Virus record (IMG/VR): IMGVR_UViG_3300012157_000001
Coordinates: 32,001-96,000 of that record
DNA from: a virus
Lineage: Duplodnaviria > Caudoviricetes
Reading direction: 5' to 3' (one strand)
DNA length: 64,000 nt
Shown: positions 56,800 through 64,000 of the stretch, piece after piece
How positions within the stretch are numbered: position 1 is the stretch's first letter
Layout: the number at the start of each line of letters is the position of its first letter
Position numbers and translations under genes: made by a program
The notes under the pieces: model-generated
The model's database searches: none
What the model was told of the DNA's origin: nothing
The model's input: the letters and a program-made list of their open reading frames with translations, nothing else

Positions 56800-57801
56800 A
56801 TGTCCAGCGCCCTAATCACCGTCACGAGCCGTGCGCTCGAACCGGCCAAGGCAGCGGAGCTGCGCGCGACCGCCGAAGGGGCTACCGAATTCCTGAAAGC
56901 CGCTCGTGCCCCGAGCACACATGCCTCCTACGCATCGGACTGGCGGCAGTTCAGCGAATGGATCGAGGGTCACGGACTCGACCCGATTCCGGCGGATCCG
57001 CGCATGGTTGCCCTCTGGATCAGCCACATGGCGCGCGCTCTGAAGCGCAAGCCGTCGTCGATCCGCCGAATGCTCACGGCGATCGGAACCATCCACCGTC
57101 GCGCAGGCCATCCGAACCCGTGCGAGCAGGAAGTTGTCCGCGAAGAGATGCGCGGGATCGCCAACACGCTCGGCGTGCGACCGAAGCGGGCGGCGCCGCT
57201 CTTGATTCCACACCTGGAAGCCATCATCGCCGGCATGGGCGAGGGGCTCCGGGCCGCCCGTGATCGCGCGATCGTCCTCGTCGGCTGGAGCGGCGCTATG
57301 CGTCGGAGCGAGATCGCGGCTCTACGTGCCGAGGATCTGACGTTCCTCGACAAGGGCGTCAGCGTGCTGATTCGCCGGAGTAAGACTGACCAGGAAGGTA
57401 AGGGAGAGAACGTAGCCCTCTTCTACGCGACGCGGACGGCGCTCTGTCCCGTGCATGCGCTCCAGGAATGGATGCGCGCCGCGGCGATTACGGCGGGGCC
57501 GCTCTTTCTCCGCCTGAGCAGCCACCGCGACGCGCAGATCATCGCCGATCCGATGTCGCCAGAAATGGTTCGGTACATCGTACAGACGTGGACCGACCGC
57601 GCAGGTGTGCAGCCTGAGCAGATCGGTGCGGTGTTTTCGGCGCACTCGCTTCGCGCCGGCTTCATCACCGAGGCCGCTCGCAACGGCAAGGCCGAGTGGA
57701 CGATCGCGAAGCAGTCGCGTCATAAGAGCGCCGACGTGCTCCGGACGTACATCCGAACCGCCGATGCGTTCGAAGGGAACGCGGGAGAAGGACTGCTGTG
57801 A
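56800..57801 (+). CDS. Tyrosine recombinase/integrase (Cre/XerD-like) with an N-terminal SAM-like domain
   Basis: RDRA...MRRSE (R), RRSKTDQ (K), HSLRAG (HxxR), SRH and YIR (Tyr); AGGAG RBS. Confidence 0.92.
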   Translation: MSSALITVTSRALEPAKAAELRATAEGATEFLKAARAPSTHASYASDWRQFSEWIEGHGLDPIPADPRMVALWISHMARALKRKPSSIRRMLTAIGTIHRRAGHPNPCEQEVVREEMRGIANTLGVRPKRAAPLLIPHLEAIIAGMGEGLRAARDRAIVLVGWSGAMRRSEIAALRAEDLTFLDKGVSVLIRRSKTDQEGKGENVALFYATRTALCPVHALQEWMRAAAITAGPLFLRLSSHRDAQIIADPMSPEMVRYIVQTWTDRAGVQPEQIGAVFSAHSLRAGFITEAARNGKAEWTIAKQSRHKSADVLRTYIRTADAFEGNAGEGLL

Positions 57802-58127
57802 GCGCCTACGAGGCGGCGCTGCTCCGAGAATCGGTGGCGCATGTCCTGGCCGGCGGCCGCGTATGTCCAGTGTACGGGCTGCCGCACTGGGTCTGCTCTA
57901 CGTTGCACTTGATCACCGGCGTCTGCCGCACGGTGACGACGGGGCGCTTTGAACGGGTCAGTGGCGGGTTCGCATCGAATGCCGACAAGAGCGGCATTTA
58001 CCGGCCGTGGATAGTGAGCCGCCCTGAGTGTCCGCATCACCCGGACGCGCAGGGCGAGACGTACTGGTCGACGCCCGCTGCCTCCACGCTCGATTGCGAG
58101 CAGCAGGCGATACAAGGCGGACCGTGA
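57798..58127 (+). CDS. Cys/His-rich protein, paralog of 58327-58812
   Basis: VCPVYGLPHWVC..LH..TG..R.VT.GRF.R...CPHHP. Confidence 0.7.
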   Translation: MSAYEAALLRESVAHVLAGGRVCPVYGLPHWVCSTLHLITGVCRTVTTGRFERVSGGFASNADKSGIYRPWIVSRPECPHHPDAQGETYWSTPAASTLDCEQQAIQGGP

Positions 58128-58326
58128 GCAGTTCTTCGACCGACGTACTGGCCGAACACGACGACGAGCACTGCGCTTGTGGCTGGGAGCGCATCCTGGA
58201 GATCGACTTCGAGGGGATACCGGCAGCGGTTCTCGCCGCATTTCCGCCTTCGTTCACCGTGCTTTACCGCTGCCCTCGCTGCGGCCTGCAGTGGAGCGTA
58301 CACTTCGACAAGGAGCCCGAGAACTG

Positions 58327-58812
58327 ATGGCGCGCGCCGATGATATGGCTGGCGTCTGTGACCGCGAGTGCGCCGTTACCGCCCTCTCCGGGGCGCAAGT
58401 CTGTCCGATCTATCGTCTTCCGTGCTGGCTCTGCGTCGTGCTCCACATCATGACGGGGACCCTCCGGAGCGTGACCGAGGGACGCTTCGATCGGTTCGCC
58501 GGCCGCAGCTTCATGTTGCCGCTCGACGGCGATCAGAAGTACCTCTGGTCGCTGTGGCTCGTGTGCCCCCACCATCCAGGTGCCAGCACCATTGAGTACG
58601 CCAAGCGCCACGGACCCTCGTATTGGCACTACGCCGAACCCTCGCTCACGTCCACGCCGGTGACGCCGGCAAGGAAGGTGAGCGATGGCACATCACAAGC
58701 GGAAGCGACCGAAAAAGCGGCGGGCAGGCTGCCTCTACTGCAAGCCCCACAAGGCGAACGGGCAGGACGCGCAGCGGCGCCAAGAGATGCGCGCCCGGCT
58801 CTCGGAGGCTGA
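58327..58812 (+). CDS. Cys/His-rich protein, paralog of 57798-58127
   Basis: VCPIYRLPCWLC..LH..TG..R.VT.GRF.R...CPHHP. Confidence 0.65.
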   Translation: MARADDMAGVCDRECAVTALSGAQVCPIYRLPCWLCVVLHIMTGTLRSVTEGRFDRFAGRSFMLPLDGDQKYLWSLWLVCPHHPGASTIEYAKRHGPSYWHYAEPSLTSTPVTPARKVSDGTSQAEATEKAAGRLPLLQAPQGERAGRAAAPRDARPALGG

Positions 58813-58831
58813 GCAGCGGAGCGACGCTTGA
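58685..58831 (+). CDS. Small basic CxxC protein (48 aa), absent from the ORF track
   Basis: MAHHKRKRPKKRRAGCLYCKPHKANG...; purine-rich RBS upstream; TGA at 58829-58831. Confidence 0.6.
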   Translation: MAHHKRKRPKKRRAGCLYCKPHKANGQDAQRRQEMRARLSEAEQRSDA

Positions 58832-58863
58832 CGGCCGGCGCTGCCGCTGGCAGCGTTGGCGGC

Positions 58864-59223
58864 ATGGCATTCGACCGATTCGTCTACTGGAGGAAAGGGA
58901 CGCGGCCCACCCGCGAGCAGGTGCAGTTCGTCCTGGAGGACTACGTGCGGGATCTGGCTACCGAGGTCAAATGGGAGCAGGACCGGTTCCTAGTGACGCT
59001 CCCAGGGATGGGCTCCCATCCAGCCGCCCGGATCGACGAGTCGGATACGACGCGCCTAGCCGCTGCGGAAGAGCGAAAGAATGAGCGATGGTTCGAGGTC
59101 TACGTCGACACGGACAACATCGACGTGATCACTCGGCGCGGGGACTGGATCACCAACGCCATCGCGACGGAGTTCGCCCGGATCTGCGCACAGTTCTGGC
59201 AGGGCGACCTGCAGATGGGGTGA
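58864..59223 (+). CDS. Hypothetical protein, leaderless start
   Basis: TTGACG-17-CAGCGT-7-ATG. Confidence 0.7.
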   Translation: MAFDRFVYWRKGTRPTREQVQFVLEDYVRDLATEVKWEQDRFLVTLPGMGSHPAARIDESDTTRLAAAEERKNERWFEVYVDTDNIDVITRRGDWITNAIATEFARICAQFWQGDLQMG

Positions 59224-59233
59224 AGAGCGGCGC

Positions 59234-61432
59234 ATGGTTGCGATGTCCGACGTCGTCGCTGGCACCGAGCGCTGGCACGTGGCGCTCGCCGACTGCCTGT
59301 TCGCGCTCTCTTGCCTACCTGACGCTTCGGTCGATTCGATCGTGACGGACCCGCCGTACGGTCTAGGCACGCGAGACCCGACCGCCGAAGAGCTCGTCGC
59401 GTACCTGACATGTGGCGAGCTAGGGATTCAGCCCAAGGGCCGTCAGCACTGCGCGAACACAGTCCTTCGGGGCGCCTGTATCACGAATCCTAATGATCCT
59501 GAAGCCTCTACTTCGCAATTGACGGTCACGTTTCGTGTCCGCTTCTCTTCTGCTTTTGCGATGGCTGTCCGGAGTGTCCAGCTCCAGCACGAGGCGCTTC
59601 CCCACGAGAAAGTCGACAACATAGGCGGCGAACCCCAACTCGATGACATGCTGGTACCGGCACCGCACTCCGCGCCTACGCAGCGCACTCCGAACAGCCA
59701 GTTCCGTCTTGGGGAATTCCAAGGTTCTGCCGGATGCGTAGGTGTGTGCCGCTGTTTTACGCATCTTAGCGAGTCCCGCTTTGCTGTATCGGTACGGCTT
59801 GACGACGACTCGCTTCGAGAGCCCGAGGCTTCTGCCAGCGTAGTGACACCGACGAGAACAAAACTGCGAGCCGTGCTTACTCTTGATCTGGGAACGACAT
59901 CGGGAGAACTTTGTCTTGCAGACGGCACAGACCAGACGGACAGCGGTCTCCTGCTTGCGCCCACGAAGAATATAGGAACACCGCCTGCTGCAAGTGGTGT
60001 GTCTCCCTCGCTTCAACAGCCACTTCACAGCTCGGTAGGCCCGTCCACAGACGGGGCACGCACGATCCACGTGGCTGTTCCCGTCGCTCTTCTTCGGCGC
60101 TTCCACCAATCCAGCGTCTCACACAAAGATTTCATGGGCAAGGACTGGAGAATCCCACCTATTTCCGTCTGGCGAGAGCTTTACCGCGTCTTGAAGCCCG
60201 GGGGCCATGTGCTTTCGTTCGGCGGCACCCGTACCTTTGACTTGATCGCGCTCGGCCTCCGCGCGGCGGGCTTCCAGTTCCGCGACACGATCGGCGCCGA
60301 GGGCGTGCTGCGGTGGGTGCAGTCGCAGGGCATGCCGAAAGGGATCGACGTCGCGAAGGCGATCGACGCGATGGTCGGAGTCGCGCCTACGGTCATCGGC
60401 ACTCGCGTGCTCACGGGATCGGCGGCCATGTCGACAGCCGAGAAGGGGGGCACGTACGCGGCCGCAACGCGCAGCGCCGGCAGGAAAAAGGAGGTTGCCG
60501 TCACAGCTCCGACGTCGCCCGAAGCGCAAGCGTGGGACGGATGGAACGTCGCGCTGAAGCCGACGTGGGAACCCATCCTGATCTTTCGCAAACCGCTCGA
60601 CGGCACCGTGGCCGAGAACGTACTGCGCCACGGAACCGGGGGGCTCAATGTCGACGGATGCCGCGTGCGAGTCGATCCCGATGCAGACGCGGATCAGCTT
60701 CGACCGGTGAGCCGCGGCCAACGCACCGACGATGACGGCTGGGGCATGAATGCAACCGGCAGCACCACTGGGCAGGTGGTGAGCCCGGAGGGCCGCTGGC
60801 CACCGAACCAGCTGCTCTGCCACCTGCCGAGCTGTCTGCCTACCAAGACGATCGACGTCTGGGATTGTGCACCAGGCTGTCCCGTAGCCGCGCTCGACGC
60901 GCAGAGCGGAGAATGCCCCGCCGGTATCGCGGTCCTACGCAACGGCGGCGGGGGCAAAATATTCGGAAGCGAAAACACGAGAGGTCCGTCGCCGGACGGC
61001 GGATACACGGACACTGGCACGGCATCGCGGTTCTTTCCGCAGTTCGGCTGGGATCCAGTGCTCGACGGTCCTGGCTTTCTGTACGTTGCGAAGGCGTCGG
61101 GCGCCGAACGCGACGCCGGCCTCGACGGCGAGATCAACACGCACGTCTCTGTGAAACCCGTCACGCTCATGCAGTGGCTCATCCGCCTCGTGACACCGCC
61201 CGGGGGACTCGTGCTCGATCCGTATTCGGGTAGCGGTACTACCGGAGTTGCCGCGATGCGCGAGGCCGGAGGCTTCCGTTTCCTAGGGATCGACGTCGAC
61301 CCGGACTACGTGCCGATCGCCATAGCACGGATCCGTCACGTCTCCGGTGGGCACTACCGGACGCTCGCCGAGATCGCCGCCGCGGCCGCCGCGGGTTCCG
61401 CCGGTCCACAGAAGCAGCTCGGCCTCTTCTGA
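59234..61432 (+). CDS. Beta-class DNA methyltransferase (N6/N4) interrupted by an in-frame ~230-codon insert
   Basis: SIVTDPPYG before the insert; DFMGKDW, RVLKPGGH, ALKP.WEPI, H.SVKP and LDPYSGSGTTG after it. Confidence 0.9.
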   Translation: MVAMSDVVAGTERWHVALADCLFALSCLPDASVDSIVTDPPYGLGTRDPTAEELVAYLTCGELGIQPKGRQHCANTVLRGACITNPNDPEASTSQLTVTFRVRFSSAFAMAVRSVQLQHEALPHEKVDNIGGEPQLDDMLVPAPHSAPTQRTPNSQFRLGEFQGSAGCVGVCRCFTHLSESRFAVSVRLDDDSLREPEASASVVTPTRTKLRAVLTLDLGTTSGELCLADGTDQTDSGLLLAPTKNIGTPPAASGVSPSLQQPLHSSVGPSTDGARTIHVAVPVALLRRFHQSSVSHKDFMGKDWRIPPISVWRELYRVLKPGGHVLSFGGTRTFDLIALGLRAAGFQFRDTIGAEGVLRWVQSQGMPKGIDVAKAIDAMVGVAPTVIGTRVLTGSAAMSTAEKGGTYAAATRSAGRKKEVAVTAPTSPEAQAWDGWNVALKPTWEPILIFRKPLDGTVAENVLRHGTGGLNVDGCRVRVDPDADADQLRPVSRGQRTDDDGWGMNATGSTTGQVVSPEGRWPPNQLLCHLPSCLPTKTIDVWDCAPGCPVAALDAQSGECPAGIAVLRNGGGGKIFGSENTRGPSPDGGYTDTGTASRFFPQFGWDPVLDGPGFLYVAKASGAERDAGLDGEINTHVSVKPVTLMQWLIRLVTPPGGLVLDPYSGSGTTGVAAMREAGGFRFLGIDVDPDYVPIAIARIRHVSGGHYRTLAEIAAAAAAGSAGPQKQLGLF
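59420..60109 (-). CDS. DUF559/Vsr-like endonuclease with two N-terminal CxxC...CSxxC Zn fingers (putative homing endonuclease)
   Basis: TE......L.......YQ.......VDF......LELD...H......D..RD..L...GF.IIRI; CPVC...CSRRC and CAVC...FCSRRC. Confidence 0.85.
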   Translation of the reverse strand: MVEAPKKSDGNSHVDRACPVCGRAYRAVKWLLKRGRHTTCSRRCSYILRGRKQETAVRLVCAVCKTKFSRCRSQIKSKHGSQFCSRRCHYAGRSLGLSKRVVVKPYRYSKAGLAKMRKTAAHTYASGRTLEFPKTELAVRSALRRRGVRCRYQHVIELGFAAYVVDFLVGKRLVLELDTPDSHRKSRREADTKRDRQLRSRGFRIIRIRDTGAPKDCVRAVLTALGLNP

Positions 61433-61478
61433 AGACGTGCCTTGACATCGCGGCGACGCCGGTGGCAGCTTTGGCGTC

Positions 61479-62275
61479 ATGGCCTACAAGGGCCCCGTCG
61501 CCACGATGCGCGAAGAGATGGAACGGGAGAGGGCCGCATTCGCTCTCACCGGCGAAAAGCCACTCGAACCGGACTCATGCCCGATCGCTCAGAAGGTACT
61601 GCGTGCTCGGCTGTTCACGCCTTTCCCATTTGTCTTCCTCAGCGACGGCAAACCGTTCCGACCGTGGCGTATAGGAATGGAAATGGTTGCGCCCAAGTGG
61701 TTCTGGGATGGAACCGGGCGCGCGTTGAACGATGACGCCGATGGGCTCGTGGTGGTGTGGACACGCAAGGCCCATCGTGCCTGGAACTCTCAGAGGTTCG
61801 CGACTCGCAGCATCGCCTCCGCAATCCTGCAGGGAGAGATCAAGGACGTTTTTTGGTGGTGACCGATCTGATCCCCGCGAGGCTCCTCCCCGTCGCCGCG
61901 ATTCGCGCGGACATGGATCGCGAACGCGCGATGCGTGGACTCACCGGCGAACAGGTGCCTCAACCGAGCAAAGACACCATGGACGTCGAAGACGTTCACC
62001 TCCGCAAGGCCCTGATGCGGAAGCTCCGATGGCCACGTGACGGCGCGCGCAGGCCGTGGCTAGTCGGCATCGCGATGCTCGGTGGGCCGGGCGCACCCTG
62101 GCAGGGCGTCGGCAACGTCGTGCGAAGCTGGTCGGCTTCTAGCTTCTGTACCGTTTGGCAAAAGCTGCCACTGAAGGAGCACCCACAGATGAAGCAGTGG
62201 AAGAGCCAATGGGTGGACGTGAATCGGATGGCTCTCGACATCTTCTACGGCCACATCACGGATCCGTACCGATGA
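61479..62275 (+). CDS. Two further family-B paralogs (61479-61862, 61859-62275)
   Basis: ERERAAFALTGE / DRERAMRGLTGE, RPW..G..M, and C-terminal I..G.I.D; leaderless promoter at 61442. Confidence 0.65.
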
Positions 62276-62537
62276 TGCTCCTCAACTGCACCCACTGCGA
62301 CGATCTCGTCGTGCTCTTTGAGACTAGGGAGCGGTCCTGCATCTGCGGCCGGTCGAGCGGACAGCTAAAGGGGCTCAAGGGCCAGGAAAAGCCCGCCGTC
62401 ACTGGCGCTGCCCGCATCGTCGAAATACCGTGGGAAGAGTACGACCAGGCGTCCAGCGGGACCTGGCAGCGCTGGCGTATTCTCAAGGCGCCGCGGCAGG
62501 GTTGACACCATACGGCAGCGATGGCAGCGTTGGCAGC

Positions 62538-63097
62538 ATGACGGTTCTGTTGTGCCTAGGCGCTGTTCTCCTGGGCTACGCCGCCCGAGCGGCACAGGAA
62601 CACTATCTTCAGCGTCGTCGCGAGCGCGCTCTTCAGGCTCTCAGCGGAGAGCTGCCCGACTGGGAGAAGCGCTCCAGGGACCTAGAGGACCACGCTGACC
62701 GGGATGAAATAGAAGGCAACCTCACGAGCGCAAGGGTGTGCCGTAAGAAAGCGGCCCGCATGCGCCGTGTCGCACTACGGCGCCTAGGCCGCGGCCGCGC
62801 GGCGCTCCCATGATGATGACGTACCTGTTCACGCACCTCGCTGCGTGTGCGCTCGGATACGGCGGGCGCGTCTTCCTCGAATGGCGACAGCAGCGCCACC
62901 GTGAGCGCCTGCTCCGAGCACTCGGCGGCAAGCTACCGGACTGGGAGGAACAGGCGCGGGCGCTGGAGAGCACGGCGCACCTTTGTCTTTCCGAGATGAC
63001 CCAACTGTCGGGTGCTACGCACGCCGCGAACACCTTGCGCGCAGAGGCGGACATCACTCGTCGCCGAGGGCGCCGACGTGACCGGGAGTGGCTATGA
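62538..63097 (+). CDS. Two membrane-anchored family-C paralogs (62538-62813, 62810-63097)
   Basis: TM helix plus RER.L.AL.G.LPDWE....LE..A. Confidence 0.7.
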
Positions 63098-63540
63098 AGA
63101 GCCGGTTGGACTGGCTCGTCGCGCTCGCGTGGCTCTCATTCGCGTGGGCGTCTGCGCGAGCGCCCTCTTTCGGTCCACCCATGAAATACATTCGGGTATT
63201 CGACGCGGTGCTCGCTCTCGCGTGGGCGACGTTCGCATGGCTGAGCTACGCGCGCCGACAGGCCATGCTCCGTGAGCGCGCCTTTGCGGCTCTAGCTGGA
63301 CCGTTGCCGCCGGCTGCAAGTACGGTCCTTAAACTCGAATCGAGAGGTCCGGCCGTGCTCCGGTGGAAGGCTCGACTTTGCGAGCTCGGCTACGACGTGC
63401 CAGCGGACGATGTGTTTGACGAGAAAACAGCTATCGCCACCGCGGCCTACCAGCAGTCGCTCGGGCTCGTAGGAGACGGGATCGCGGGTCCGAAGACGCA
63501 GCGCGCTCATTTTCGACGCCGCTTCCGGTGGTTCCGATGA
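63094..63540 (+). CDS. Membrane protein with a C-terminal peptidoglycan-binding domain (PG_binding_1)
   Basis: Two TM helices, then L....GPAV......L..LGY....D..F...T..A...YQ...GL..DGIAGPKT. Confidence 0.8.
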   Translation: MKSRLDWLVALAWLSFAWASARAPSFGPPMKYIRVFDAVLALAWATFAWLSYARRQAMLRERAFAALAGPLPPAASTVLKLESRGPAVLRWKARLCELGYDVPADDVFDEKTAIATAAYQQSLGLVGDGIAGPKTQRAHFRRRFRWFR

Positions 63541-63821
63541 CGACGATCGCGCTTTTCGCCATCAGTGGCGTCGCGGGCTTCGGCCTGGGGACCCTTCTCG
63601 GCTACTGTGTTCCGAAGCTCTACGCACGGGCGGTCGCAAAAGCTGTCGAGCGGGAGCGCGTCGTGGCCGCGTTGGCGGGACAGCAGGTACCAAGCTGGGA
63701 GCGGACCGCCTCGGAGCTGGAGCAGGCGGCGGTCGAACAAGCGAAGCGCGGGAATACAACCCGCTCGCAGGCGCTGCTTGACCAGGCCGCGGGAGTACGC
63801 GCCCGAGGCGCGGCACGTTGA
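63537..63821 (+). CDS. Membrane-anchored family-C paralog
   Basis: TM helix plus ERERVVAALAGQQVPSWER.A..LE..A. Confidence 0.7.
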   Translation: MTTIALFAISGVAGFGLGTLLGYCVPKLYARAVAKAVERERVVAALAGQQVPSWERTASELEQAAVEQAKRGNTTRSQALLDQAAGVRARGAAR

Positions 63822-64000
63822 CGGCCGGTGACGCCAGTGATAGCGTCGGCTGCACGACGACGATGGACTCAGACGCCGAGCGACTCCGACGCATTCGGTG
63901 GTGCCGCTGCGGGCAGCCGTGGATCCCGGCGGCTGGCCTCTACGGCACGACCGAGGAGACGGAGTGCTGCGCCTGCGTACTCCGTCGCATGCTTGCCGAA

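Noticed and set aside
59410-60110. Intein reading of the methyltransferase insert (starts near a Cys, ends ...HQ-S)
   Set aside because: No Hint-domain blocks (A, B TxxH, F). The + strand peptide is dictated by the antisense endonuclease codons, so the C and HQ/S residues are probably coincidental.
593-63894. Many long minus-strand ORFs (e.g. 593-1369, 21058-21909, 25539-26627, 33787-34701)
   Set aside because: Antisense shadows of convincing + strand genes, expected in GC-rich DNA and lacking motifs. Only 39884-40321 and 59420-60109 were accepted.
1-64000. Alternative genetic code, tRNA or rRNA genes
   Set aside because: Genes tile densely in the standard code with TGA, TAA and TAG all used as stops. 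No cloverleaf or rRNA signature was seen by eye; a tRNAscan/Infernal run would be needed to exclude them.

Overview
GC-rich, gene-dense window with well over 100 mostly short ORFs, nearly all on the + strand and often coupled by ATGA/GTGA overlaps. I found no housekeeping, rRNA or tRNA genes. It reads as the accessory region of a large (jumbo-like) phage or prophage. The host may be a myxobacterium; this is inferred from a Gly/Thr-rich lipoprotein and several sigma54-type promoters. Recognisable genes: two GT-B glycosyltransferases, an FkbM methyltransferase, a Tad1-like nucleotide sponge, DUF4259, DUF3310 and DUF2325 proteins, two beta-class DNA methyltransferases, an HNH protein, a tyrosine recombinase, a DUF4038/GH140-like protein in a probable virion module, and a membrane protein with a peptidoglycan-binding domain. 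Most unusual observations: (1) a DNA methyltransferase carrying an in-frame ~0.7 kb insert that is a complete Zn-finger/DUF559 endonuclease gene on the opposite strand; (2) a cas-less repeat-spacer array at the window start, with covarying hairpin repeats; (3) a short RE-x-A-x-x-AL-x-G motif shared by about 20 small proteins from several paralog families; (4) two promoter classes (sigma54 -24/-12 and leaderless sigma70-like) sharing a GCTGCCA/TGGCAGC element; (5) shared N- and C-terminal peptide tags in the virion module. All family calls are by-eye motif recognition, not database searches.
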